Shown here in pieces: positions 1-13,422 of a stretch of DNA of 64,000 nt (within the stretch, counting starts at the first letter, position 1; each line of letters starts with the position of its first letter). The DNA lies in contig NC_042998.1 in the NCBI RefSeq assembly GCF_006345805.1, forward strand, positions 67,208,001 through 67,272,000. The letters are read 5' to 3'. This DNA comes from Octopus sinensis. Its lineage: Eukaryota. The notes below the pieces were generated by a model. It was not told the origin of the DNA, did no database searches, and worked only from the letters and a program-made list of their open reading frames with translations. The position numbers and the translations under genes were made by a program.

Positions 1-203
1 AGAGAAACCAGAGTAATATTTCATTTATAAATGTATTACTACAAAGCTAGTGTATTCTAATTTGTCTTTAGAATAAAGAAACCCCCCAAACCCCAAAAAC
101 TAATGTCAGTTGCCTGGCATCTATTGTTGTTAGAGAAATAAACCGATTCATATCTTAGCCGAAAAGAAAAAAAATGATGAAGATGCTTTCTTACACACAT
201 GCT

Positions 204-230
204 ACATATAAATATATATATATATATATG

Positions 231-314
<84 letters not shown>

Positions 315-370
315 GATATATAGATATATATATATATAGATATAGATATATATATAGATATAGATATATC
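204..370. repeat. Compound (TA)n/(TAGA)n microsatellite
   Basis: Read directly; long TAGA run from ~231 flanked by TA repeats. Confidence 0.95.
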
Positions 371-590
371 AAATATGATTATGCCTAGATGTTTATTACA
401 AGAGATAGAAAGCCAGATCATACAGTCAAATAGAATATATCTCCTGACGCAAGCGGGAAATTAGCAAAGAATTCATTTTTTTTAAATAAAAATCTTTGAA
501 AAAAAAATCTTTATTATTCATTAATGAACGTTTACATTCAATGACTTTATAGCTGCTTCTGTGGTTTCTTACTATTCTTCTACTCCCCTC

Positions 591-629
591 CTACTGCTAC
601 TACTACTACTACTATTACTACTACTACTA

Positions 630-680
<51 letters not shown>
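591..680. repeat. (ACT)n microsatellite
   Basis: Read directly; explains the poly-Val ORF 580..780. Confidence 0.95.
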
Positions 681-683
<3 letters not shown>

Positions 684-869
684 ATTCTGCTACGAAGTAA
701 CTAGCTTTAACTAATGGGATATACGGAAAACAGAAATATAATTTTCCGTGCATCATTGCTGAGTCCAATGTTACTAACAATATCCATTATTGTAACAAAA
801 TTTATTGCTACTTCCAATTGTAAAATAACTCCTACTATCATTATTATTTGTTTTACTAGTAGTATTAGA

Positions 870-1297
870 AATGATAATAATTATCATAATAAAAGGCCGG
901 ACCTAGTGGTTGTGGACAAGGCGCACCACATATGCCATATAGTTGATGCTGCATGCCTTTTTAACCTATGAATAGTCAAGAAGGAAGCCGAAAAGATAGA
1001 TAGATACAAACCTCTCAAGTATGAAATAGCCTGGCTAGAGAAAATGAAGAAGGTGAAAATAGTGCCAATTATTATTGAGTTATTCGGATCAGTATCAAAA
1101 TGCATAGGATACTAGAATAGAATAGTAACTGTTACAAAAAAGATTTACACTCTTGGCACGGCCACAATAATCAGCAAAGTAGAAGATAGCTGAAAAGAAG
1201 GGATAGCTGCCGGTTGTAAGCCTGCTACTTATGCAAGAATCCATGAACCTCTACAAAACTTGTGAGAAGGAGAAACAATGATAATAATGATAATAAC

Positions 1298-1352
<55 letters not shown>
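870..1352 (+). mobile_element. 5'-truncated R4/Dong-like non-LTR retrotransposon 3' end (restriction-like endonuclease remnant) with (AAT)n tail
   Basis: One frame reads RPDLVVVDK..ICHIVDAACLFNL*IVKKEAEKIDRYKPLKYEI...KIVPIIIELFG...LGTATIISK, ending TGA 1191-1193. This matches the PD..D / EK..KY / VPI.IG..G / LGTA pattern of RLE domains. Two in-frame stops; (AAT)n at ~1277-1352. Confidence 0.85.
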
Positions 1353-1353
<1 letters not shown>

Positions 1354-2532
1354 GGATTTCATTTCTTCTCTAATCTAAGCCCATGACTTCTTGCATGACA
1401 CTAACGCACGAATTTAGTGGAGAATAAAATTCTATGTCTACGCAGATACATAAAAATCATAACCATTCAGCCACGTGATTATATACAAACTATTCACTCT
1501 ACAACGTGACAGAATAAATTTACAGTCTTGAATGTTTCGGCAGTCTCTTGACACGTTCACTCAACCGTGTCAGCCTTACCTTTAGCCGCAAAGAATATTG
1601 TCACATGACATCAGCGTATGGAGGTGGCGGGGAACTCCATTACATCTACAATTCAAGACAGTTGCGGTATAGCCCCGGGTTTTTTATATCTCACTTGACT
1701 TTAGAAAATTAGAAAAATCCGTGAAACCAGTTGAGCGTTAAAAAGATTTACGATCTAAATATCTCATGGCACTTTCAACTCCATTTTCTATATTTCTACT
1801 CGTGTATAATACAATAACTTTGTTATTCGTGTTTGTATGTCTATGTGTGTGTACATAAGTATGTATACGTATGCCTTTACGCAAAAGACGTATTTGCATG
1901 TATATATAGATAGATCTTAATGTAAGAGTGCGTTTGTGTATATAACAGTAGCTACAATGACTTATAAATGCCAGCAGAACAAGTGATATGTCTAACTCAA
2001 AAACAAACTGGGTGGCTCATACTAACACACATGGGTTTTATCGGGTTGATTACGATTTTAACAAATCTTTTCCCCTAGATTCTCTGCATCGAGATTTTTA
2101 ATATACTTGACCGAAGAAAATATTTCTAAATTGCTGGATTGTAAAACAATAACAATTCGCGTTTGTTCTCACCATGGTTAAACTATAGCTGTCCACTATC
2201 ATATAAAGTATATTTCACCAACAGTATGCTTTTACAATTGAAGACTGACTCTTTACAAATTTCTTTTGAATTTTCAGTTTTTTGTCGGTCTTTCGTTGTT
2301 ATTCGAAGCAAAAGACAAGCATTTTTTCTCAACTCCTCACAGTCGCATTTTTGTGATTTTTGTTTACTTTTGTTTTAGTTGAGAGTATTTTTATTTATTT
2401 CTTTATATCATCCCTGAAGATTTGCCACCTTTTTAATTTCCCCTGTTGATTTTTTCTTTTTTCATAGCCACAAGATATGAGTGAGGTACTACTAAATATT
2501 GAAGCAAATATCCTAATATCGGCAGTGTAGAA

Positions 2533-2866
2533 CAGAGGTTCACAAACTTTTGGGGCACCCGCTCCCCCCATGGCCACATAGTACCTTCAGCGCCCCATCT
2601 CTATTTTTATGTATAAATGAATATTTTATATTTTAGAAATTTATATATATTATGAATCATTTGATATTTAATACAATATATCATTTGTATACAATATTAT
2701 AATGTAATAATAAATTCATAGCGTCCCTAATCCACTGCCTTCCTCCCAACGCCTCCTTTTTCTCTGCCACCCCGCCCCACCGCCACCCTTAGGCATCACC
2801 CCCCCCCCCACTTGGACCGTCTCAACGCCTGCCGGAGGACGGTAACGCCCACTTTGAGAACCTATG
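2533..2866. mobile_element. Non-autonomous hAT (Charlie-type) MITE
   Basis: Left end CAGAGGTTCACAAAC; right end reverse-complements to CATAGGTTCTCAAAG. 8-bp flanks GTGTAGAA (2525-2532) and GCGTAGAT (2867-2874) match 6/8 and resemble the nTnTAGAn Charlie target. Confidence 0.8.
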
Positions 2867-4069
2867 GCGTAGATAATGCAAATTCTTTCGGTTGGAAATG
2901 CAGGTTGCAGCGTTCTAGAATATGCACTGTTCTGGGAACTCCTGTGATTGTGGCGATCTTCATCGTTCTTCGTATTCTCTTTTTTTCAAATATCATAAAC
3001 TACTCAATTCATGTAACTATAAAGATGTCTCTCCCGTTTCTTGTTAACAACTGAGCTTTCAATATCATGCTATCATTATTATCACCTTTCATTTTGGCAT
3101 TTAGGATTGGTTACATTTACTAAAATGTTCTATATTAGACTGCGGATATCAGAACTTGCGTAGTCATAAACAACCACATCACTATCTGTTATTATGTGCC
3201 ACCTGAGCACTCACCATCTTTATGCATTATGACACAGAAGTGATGGCAACCCAAGTGCCAACGTGTTACCCAATGTTCTAATCAGTATAGTATACAGCAT
3301 AAGTGTTTCAGGCCTTTGTTTAACTCTTCCTTTGAAAAAAGTAATGAAAATTTCATTCCGACTTCAAAATCAGATGTTAGGTTATGATAATGCTGTTCCG
3401 TTCTTGGAAAAGAAGTATACTTCTTGGCGACAAACGACTACCACACCTCTTTCCTTTATTTGAAAAAACCACCTTGCTGAAGCCCCTTTCCGGCTTATAA
3501 TGATCGCAAGTGAATAGTCCTCAAAACTTTTCTTAATATTATAAAAGTCTGCGTTACTAGTGTTGCAGATGCGTTTCGTTACAGTGGAGGATTACTGGAT
3601 ATGATGCATTTGTCTATTGTCTATATCAGGAATATTTACGTATTCAGGTTTGGAATTCTGCCTCCTCCATGTGTGAGTTGTATATTTTAATTTTTCATAC
3701 TATTTTTTGTAAAAAATACTGTTTTCGTGAATTCAAACATTGTTTCCATATTTTTCTCTACGAGCATATATCCTTTGTTATTTCCTCTATAAAAGAAACA
3801 ATATTGCTTTTTCTAATAGAAAATTTCACATTGATTAAATTGTAAGCACCGAAATGTTTTTCGGAAAAATAAAATAGTGTCTTAAATGCAGACCTATTGT
3901 CTACGTGAAGTTCTGATATATATGTCCAACCATCTCTAACAGGTATGTTTGCAAAATAATCCCACCATTCGCTCAAAATGAAAAAGAAAATTCTTTTCAC
4001 AACGTAATAACCCACTATTCTGGGAGGATTGAAAACACAGCCATTGACGCCAAAATATTAGGAACATAT

Positions 4070-4460
<391 letters not shown>

Positions 4461-4937
4461 GCAGCAGAAATGGCAGCGACGGCGGGATACTGGTCGAAGC
4501 AAATGTTAGTGGTGTTGATGCTAGTGGTAGTTGTATTAATCCTATGTTTATTTTTTTTTTATTTATTTATGTATTGCCTTCTTTTTTAAAATACAAGAGT
4601 CTGCAGCCATACTGATTTATCTTAAAGTAACATCTCACCGAACAACCAGGCGTCACTGGGATGTATCTTCAGCTTTCTTCCTTCATCTATTTCACATTAT
4701 ATCACCTACTTAATACTGTCTTTTATATAAGATACGTTGTTTTCTTTCTGTGAGTTGTCTGTCCGTTTCGGTTTCTTTCACATTTTCTTGTACACAGTAA
4801 GAAATTTCACTCTATATTCAATGACTGTAGGTATCTTTTATTTTATTTTATAGCGCAATAGAATTTCTAGCAATCAGAAACACTTCTACGTGGTAAGGAA
4901 ATTGAATATATATATATACACATATACAGACACAGGC

Positions 4938-4975
<38 letters not shown>

Positions 4976-5097
4976 ATTAAATAAAATGACAAAAAGTCAA
5001 GGGTGTGTGGAATTTATAAGACATTTATATATAGAAACAACAGAATACATATACATACAGATGCACACAGACACACACACTCACATATATATATAAA

Positions 5098-5145
<48 letters not shown>

Positions 5146-5414
5146 ATTGTATATGTATATGTGCGTGTGTCTGTGTGCATGTCTATGTATATGTAGTGTC
5201 ATCTTTTTACATTCATTTAGGGGCTTCAGTCAAAGGGCTGCTACCATGCTAGAGTACGACCTTATTTTCTTTTTATTCATATAAAAACAGAATGACATAT
5301 TTTTCCGTTTTATTGAATATTTGTCAGTGGAAGTCGGTCTGTTTGCGTGTACGCTTGTACGTAACAAATGACGTGTACGCGAGGTCATGAGTGTGTGTGT
5401 ATGTGTGTGTGTGT

Positions 5415-5573
5415 AGGGAGAGTTTACGGAAAAGACAAAAGACGAAGACAGGTGGTGTACAAAACAAACAGATTTATTAGTATAACGCTCAAGAATAGCA
5501 AAAATCTTTTACGTTTCGAGCCTACGCTCTTCTACAGGAAGGGACACAGAAAAAACAAGGAGAGAAAACACAA
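5415..5573 (-). mobile_element. Penelope-like element pseudo-LTR fragment, copy 1
   Basis: Near-identical to 30540-30715 and 58057-58240. The 30.5 kb copy lies downstream of a GIY-YIG remnant. Contains a hammerhead-like motif. Confidence 0.75.
5506..5541 (-). ncRNA. Minimal type-I hammerhead-ribozyme-like motif (U6 core variant)
   Basis: Minus strand reads CTTC CTGTAGA A GAGC-GTAG-GCTC GAAA CG TA AAAG: core, 4-bp stem II, palindromic ACGT stem III, short stem I. Confidence 0.5.
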
Positions 5574-5715
5574 TATATATATATATATATATATATATGA
5601 ATTTTTTGCGTAATAAGATAAAAAAACCAAGGCTGTATAGATATTAGAGCATTTATAAATACAAGTTCTTACAGCTGTTTCAAGGATATTTATCAATAAT
5701 ATCACTCCATGGGAG

Positions 5716-5900
5716 ACGGGAAATGTTTTGCGACATTTTTCCCGTTTTACGTTTCGAGTTCAAATCCCATCGTGCCGGCTTTACATTTCTTCTTTTCGTG
5801 GGCGATGAAATAAGTACGTGTTGATCATTGGTGTCGATGTAATCGAGTGGCTCCCTCGGTTACATCTGCAGGTCTTTTTACCTATAGTAGGAAAGATTAT
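5716..5900 (+). mobile_element. tRNA-derived SINE, family B (degraded)
   Basis: B-box-like GAGTTCAAATCCC plus GGTGTCGATGTAATCGA segment shared with 9669, 27027 and 34828 copies. Confidence 0.7.
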
Positions 5901-8679
5901 CATAACTGGCTTGAACCACTTATAGATAATATATATTTGAGTAACTGATGAGGAAAATGTTCAATTCACTTTCATGTTTGAAGTCACTAAAATATGCAAC
6001 AGTGGTGAAGGTGCTGTTTGTCTTTGTGGGGCTATGCATGCATCAGACTAGCAATATTTTTGCTTGCTAATCAACAGACAAGTTTTTATTGCTGTTTATC
6101 ATTTTACAGTTTAAGATTTTGTGGAGTGTACATGTGTTAGACATTCTTTTAAAATGTGTGAAAATATTTTTAAACTTTGAATTTGCAAGATTTTACTTGT
6201 TTGAATTGAATATCAGTAAAAATTGTTACAAAAGAGTGGTAATTATTTACCCAAATAATTAGCTGATACTTTCTTTGTTAGGCATGAAAGGATAAAAGAC
6301 GAAAGTACACACAGATGAGATTTTCTCACAGAATGTAGTGCATCGTAACAAAATCTCGCGTAGTATTTCGTCCAACGCACAAGCAATTCCACGTATCCAT
6401 AATCCGGAACATCCGTATAATTAAAATTCTAATAATAAACGCGAAACAAGGTAACCGATGGGTTGTGTTAATTTTTGGGCTCTCACATTACCCTGCTGTG
6501 CACGTGAGGCTGATTGCCTGTCTATGTTTATCGATACTATTATTGAGTACTTAAGGACAGCATTAGCGAAGATTTTTTTTTTTATTCGCTCAAAATGTCG
6601 ATTAAATCATTTTGCTGTTATGTCGACAACTGTATCTAGTTAAATCAATTTATTCCGCTTTTCGACGCTTTATACTCACAATTCATTGGCACAGGCCATA
6701 GCAGTTATAACCCCAGGATGGATTCACCCAAACTAACTGCCCCTTCAATGCTTTCATCGAAGTTCATGCTGTTAAAGGCATTTGGACCAAGTCTCTGGAA
6801 TGAAAAGATATTCTTCCCTCATCCCGTCTTTTTTCCAATCCCCAGAGTCCCTGAAACAAAGGTTCATTGTTATGGCTCTTATGTACATGTATAAATCATG
6901 AAAATGAAGAATAATTAAATACTTCAGATCTTGTTATTCACTTCTCATTGTTTGCGCGGAGCCTTCCGAAATGCAGGTTCGGAAGTAAGGTGGATGCCGT
7001 CATCTGGAGTGCATGTTTGGTTTACTTTTAGTTTTCTCCTTTCCACTCTGCCTGATTAGTATGACTGAATCTAATCTTGGCTGACTTTGCTTTCACGGTC
7101 ATTGACACAGTTTAGACGAGCGTACGACGACAAGCTGGGATGCATGCATCAACAGCATTTCGAATGTAAATTTAGAAGGGCATGAGTCAACATACGGAAC
7201 AACGATTCTTTGTGTCTTTTATGTTGATTGATGCAACATATTGTGGAAGTGCATGTGTACTTCTATTCTCCATTTAGTGTTTGTTTTATTTTATTTCTGC
7301 GGAAGTACACACATAAGCATACCCATACATACACACACAAATACACGCACACACATATATTCACTCACATATATGTATATTAGTGTGTGTTGGCACGTGT
7401 GCATACACATATCATTGTTATTAAGAAAATTTGTCACGACACAAACACATGAAGATAACACATTTTCCGTTTCAACACGCCAAATCGTTGGATGAATACC
7501 TGACGTGAGCTTGGTTTTCCTTTCTACATATTACTGGTTTTATTGTTATCAACATAATTCGAAGATTTTAATGATAAATGATTTTTTCTTTGTTTTAAGC
7601 AACATTTATTGTTTGTGTATTTCTTTGGGATAGTTTACCGCATTGTAATTCCTTTATTCTTTCACAGCTGCTTCGGACTATTTATAAATTAAGGTCAGTA
7701 GGCTGTATGAATGAACTGTCCATCTTTATTGGAATAAAGTCTGTAAGCACACTTATTATTTTTACTGAACTGGGAGAATTTTGTTTGCACAAATGGCTTT
7801 GACGATTACTTCCTCAAACTGGGCAGAAAAATATTTTCTTTTCTTCTTTGTACTTTTAAACGAGCTCATGTATTCCCTTTAATTTCCAGAAACTTCTTTT
7901 CTCTTTGTGTTATTTCAAGTGTAGTTTACAGCGGGGTTTATAACTAAGATTGACGGTTCGGACATTAGATGTGAGAGTTTCTGAAATGTTGGTATCGCTC
8001 ATACCGACGATTCTTCATTAATGTACCTATTTCTACGAGCAATCAGATTAAGCGTAAATTTTTAAGCGTATTTACGACATTGTGCTTGTCCGAAAATATA
8101 TGTAATGCCAAGGAGTGCTTATTCATGAATAAATATTGTACATCAATGTATTAGGTGTGTTTAACGGCTGTTTAAAAAAATGCTCTTTTGTATGTTAATG
8201 ATAGACGATTTTGTTGCTTTATGAATTGTTATTAATTTCAAGAGAACATAACAGTGGGGAATTGTGTATTCTTTATGAAAATAAATGAGAAAAATATTAT
8301 GTATAAAATTTCAAAATATTTACACAGTTCAATAGTGTTTACTTAAAGTTAAATATCACGATTATCAACTTCAATGAATATCACCCTGTTTTTCTTTCTT
8401 TTTTTTTTGTTGTCATTTTCATTTTACTACTGATTTCTTGCACAAGAAAATACGCCTGGTCACTAATATTGGTGATACAGCTATTTTGCGCTCTCTCACT
8501 CCTTCACACACAAGCACACACACACACATGCATACACACACCACACACACATGCATGTATATGCATATATGTGTGTGTATATATTTATGTATAACAAAAC
8601 ATGAATTTAGAAAAAAGTATTTAGAATTAGTTTACCCTACCCCTATATTGGTATATATTGTGTGTTTATTTATATACAT

Positions 8680-8910
<231 letters not shown>

Positions 8911-9668
8911 GAGAGAGAAATCGATCATATTTATACAAATGCTTATGTGAAAGAAACAAGAAAACGTGCTCATAATGATGATTGGACCATGCACACAAAT
9001 TTTTGTGGACATGTACCAGTGACTTAAATGTCTTAAAATCGTATGCAGAATATTTATAAGCTATATAGTCCATCGGAAGCGTTAAAAGGAACGGTTTGAC
9101 AGAGTTTCTTCACAATGCAATCAAATTCTGAAGATTAATTATGGTACCTGGATTAAGGACTAACTTTACAAAAAATTTCAAGACGGTGACGTCAGAAATT
9201 GGAAAATCGTGTTCTTTAAGAAACGGAAGTTAAATTTTATCGAACATTGACGAGTGTAGTACATTAGACATTGATCAAAATGTAAAATAGAACTGAATCA
9301 TCAGCTATAGGCATTCCATTAAAGTGAGGTTAGATATCATCGAAACAAAGAATGATAATTCTGTTCTCCGGCAGGACCTAGGAAATATAATGCAACTCGG
9401 TGAATGTGATAACGTGTATTTCAATGCCAAAATTACTTTCGGCCTCCTTTTAAAGGTAGCGGATCGCTAAGGGTATTTTCTATCTTGTCATAAACACAGA
9501 AACTCTTAGCAACTTTAGTACTTAGTGTTTTATATCAAGCACAATACTTGGCTAGAATTTATTTTATCTTCTTTCAAATGATGCAAGTTAAACTTGTTTT
9601 AAGAGAGGACTCACCTATGAATTCAATGAAGCGAATCAAAAGGGTGTACAGTATTTTATCTGCTGCTA

Positions 9669-9825
9669 AATCGGCGAGCTGTGAGAATTTTTGCCGCGCC
9701 GTCTTTAAATTGTGAATTCAAATTCTGTCAAAGCCAACTTTAGCTTTCATTCTTCCGCGGTCGATAAAACAAGTATTGGTTGTTCACTGGGGTCGATGTA
9801 ATCGACTTACCCACATCCTCCAAAT
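9669..9825 (+). mobile_element. tRNA-derived SINE, family B
   Basis: GGCGAGCTG...GAATTCAAATTC...TTTAGCTTTCATTC...CACTGGGGTCGATGTAATCGACTTA, homologous to the other family B copies. Confidence 0.75.
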
Positions 9826-11102
9826 ATTTTACAAAGAAATGCTAATGACTAAAAAATGTTTAGAGCAAAACTAGATTCCTAGGTTCTTTAAATTTTAGCC
9901 CTATTCCTGTATATACTTAAACGTGATGTAGATACATGCATAACATTCAATGAGGCTATTTATTTACCCTGAAGTTAACAGGAAACAGAAGTCGAAAGAG
10001 TAATCTCAACACATTCCTATGGCGCAAGTCGATATCATAACATCAATGCGTGTAGAAGCCAATAATTTTGGAATATATAAAAAATTTATGTAAAAACCGA
10101 TAAAATATTTCCATTAAAAATACAGTAGTTATCTATTTTTACAAACTTGAATCTGTATTAGTAAAAGGAATTTAATATTCCTAACGAAAATATATTTTCT
10201 TCCTTTTGAATATGGCACGTTTACGCATTACTCATGAAACTCTTATTATAGAACAAGCATATCATTTGGGTATGAATAACATCCTTGCATGAATATTTTT
10301 CGCATTTGCTTTTTTCTTTATTTAAAACTTCATATCTTTTATATTGCTGAATATATAAAACAGAAATGTTTTAAAATATTAAAACCTTACAATTGAGTAT
10401 TTATTATAATATGCAGAAAGCACACTGTCTGGAGCTACACTGGAATGTAACGTTCTATGTAATCTAAATCGAATCACTCAAATATCGGGCAATCCCGGAT
10501 ATATTTTAAACAAAGAGAGGTCTGAGATAACAATAAGCTATTCTTTCCTCAGACAGTATTCGTCATACGTGTATACGTACATACATATATAAATACCTAC
10601 ATACATACATACATACATCTCCATTTGAGATTCTTACGTGAATAAATGCACGCACATGGGTGTAAGCATCGAGAGGTCAACCAACACACCCACTCAAACA
10701 CATATTTAGTAAGACCGGAAAAACTCTTAACTAAAAAATGATGATGAATGAGCAATGTATATAGAGTTTTTAAGACGCGTATAACGTTTTAATGTCGATA
10801 GGTAATAAATCGTGATCATATGGATAACTGCATAGATAATATCGCTCAATTTCTGTTATTCTTAACCCAACGTTTAAGGTTTCATTTGTCCGCTATAATT
10901 TATTTACATCACACATTTGATATTCTTCACAAAAAAACTAACTTACATAAACGTTCCAGTGTATACTTCAGAACTTACAGTCATTTCCAAACAGGCAACT
11001 TCCAAAAATGCATATACCTCAAAATTACATGCTCCATACATGAAATTGGCTAATATTAATATCTGAATTTCAGTTAAATGTCATTTAAAATATAGACAAT
11101 GA

Positions 11103-11133
11103 TTGTTTTTCTTTCTTTTATTTCCAGGTAAGA
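11103..11133 (+). promoter_or_regulatory. Candidate recursive splice site (3' acceptor immediately followed by 5' donor)
   Basis: TTGTTTTTCTTTCTTTTATTTCCAG|GTAAGA; CAG at 11125-11127, GTAAG at 11128-11132. Confidence 0.55.
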
Positions 11134-11740
11134 GCACTTAAAGTGTATTGTTTTCCGCGAGCAACCAACAAATACATATTGGGATATACTTTGCGGCTAA
11201 AGAAAGGTATTACAAAATATACCAGCATGCTCTTACAATTTCTCTATTAAGAATAATTGCTATTTTGCACTAATTTGCTAATGAAATCATTTAACAATTG
11301 TATCAATTATGACTTTTGATTAATTCACAACAAAATCTTCATATAAATCTAAACCAATTTCAGTGGACGTGAATTCAATAGACCACCAGCTTATTTTTAA
11401 TTAAGTACAATGTCACACATCGTTGTATCACTTGTGACTTATTTGTTTCGTAAATTTTACACTTATAACTGTAAACTGAATCTCATTAATTTACAAAGTA
11501 TTCTGAGGATGGATATTATGAAATGATTATCTGTCTTTCTGACCTATAAACAATCCCATTCACAGTTATATACACACAAGCATTCATCAAAGAATCCGTC
11601 AGTTCATCTCTCTATCTATTTATCTACCTGTCTAACTATCTATCTATTTGTCTACTTCTCTTTCTTCCTCTCCCCCTCTCTCTCTCTCGCTCTCTCTGCG
11701 TGTATATATATGTGTGTGTATATGCACTTGCATATATATA

Positions 11741-11780
<40 letters not shown>

Positions 11781-12559
11781 TATATATATAGAAATTCGGG
11801 GTGAGTACTTGATAATTATAAGCACCTGTGTATACCGTTTGGTGGTGTAGGTGGTGGAGTAAATTGATCAAAATAAAATAAAAACATGATGCGAAGGATT
11901 CAGCGGTACATATGTTTCGGGCCTTTATTAGACAGATTTATAACAATGCATAATGTATGTCTGTGGCCTTCTTCAGCTGCGCACAACAGCTTCCACAAGG
12001 ACATGTGTTACATCAAAAATTCTTGGTTGGGGATGCAAATCCTCTCATTCGCGTACGACATAATGCGGCAGCAGCATAGAATTGAAGCGTCCATCTCTTT
12101 CTTCTCTCAATGTAGAATGAGGAAAATTGGATGTTGAGGTAATGTAAATAAATAAATACATATATAGACGTGAAGATGGAGGGGCGAGAATTCGGGACGA
12201 GGGATAAAAAATGTATAAAAAGTGTAAGTATAGAAAAATATAAAAATGTAGAGCATAAAGATATAAAGAGTTATAAGGAGATGTAAAGGGGGTATAAAGA
12301 TTATAAAGAAATATAAAGAAATATAAATAAATGTAAAGGCATAAGGTTATAAAGTAAAAATAGAAATAGAAATAAAAGTAAAAAAACATGATAAAAACAT
12401 GATAAAAATGTAAAAGAATGTAAAGATAAGGGATGTATAGAGGTTACGGACCAAGCATGGTGGTCAGGAGATTGATAAAATTTAGTTGTAGAATTGTCAG
12501 TAAATCAACAGTTTCGTCTGGGGACCTAATGTGTTGTAAATCAGAGCTGATGAGCATTT

Positions 12560-13270
12560 AATCTGGTTCCTTGAATTAAATGGACTTCTAGTACATACAT
12601 ATCATCATGGATACATACACCCATATACACGCGTACATATACGCCTCCAAGCCTATAAGCATACACATGCACTCGCGTGTAAACATGTACATAAACACAC
12701 ACGCACCCACACGCACGCGCGTACACATACATACATACAACAGAATATCCGCATGTATACACGGACACTATACGCGTACACACTCACATGTACATACGCG
12801 CGCCCATCCCTACATACACACACGTATATGCCCACGCCTCTAGGTCTAGATATAAGATATTAAAGGATGTATATAAGAACGTATGTAAAAAATCACGTAC
12901 TCATGTCTATACGTGCACGCACACACGGCTGTGTGTCCGTATGTGCGTGCACATATACACTTATATACACACACACAGACACACGCGCATATGGGTATAG
13001 CTATAAGATATCGAAATATGTATGTACATATATGCGCGTGCATATGTATGTATGCGTATACACACGTACGCGGACGCTCGTATAGTCAAAAAGTGGATCC
13101 ATAGGTAAGTAAATAAACATATATAGAGGTGTAAAGCGATAAGTTAGGGGTAATATATATATATACATGTGTGTGTGTGTGTGCGCGCGCGATTCTCAGA
13201 ATCAGATAAAATTTAATTTTATTAGTAGTGCATATGTGCGTGAAAAGCGTGTGTGAGTGTGTGTATTTAT
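12560..13270. repeat. Mosaic TA/TG/CA low-complexity region
   Basis: Read directly; gives several overlapping H/T/Y/V-rich spurious ORFs. Confidence 0.9.
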
Positions 13271-13422
13271 GAGAATCAGAGGAAGAGAGAGAGAAGGTGA
13301 GAGAAAGCGAAAGAATGTCCAAATTGCCGAATATTTTCTAACAAGAGATTGTAAGAACAAAGCTACAAAACATCCTCACGTATAGTACCTGGTTCAAATA
13401 CGAAAATAATTGAAATTTATTT

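Noticed and set aside
3569-3672. Possible plus exon TTGCAG|...|GTGAGT, open in two frames (CVSLQWRITGYDAFVYCLYQEYLRIQVWNSASSM)
   Set aside because: Weak polypyrimidine tract, no recognised family, no partner exons.
5943-6050. TGATGA box-C-like motif (also at ~12548)
   Set aside because: No box D CTGA or terminal stem at snoRNA spacing, and no hammerhead GAAA arm.
7668-7693. 26-nt microexon candidate with strong acceptor and GTCAGT donor (LLRTIYKL)
   Set aside because: Too short to assess and not frame-preserving; needs RNA evidence.
11886-12137. 83-aa plus ORF in GC-richer sequence
   Set aside because: No recognisable motif; next to a biased tract typical of retroelement 3' regions, so probably decayed TE.
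13086-13110. TAG|GTAAGT strong donor
   Set aside because: No pyrimidine tract upstream, so neither a recursive site nor a supportable exon.
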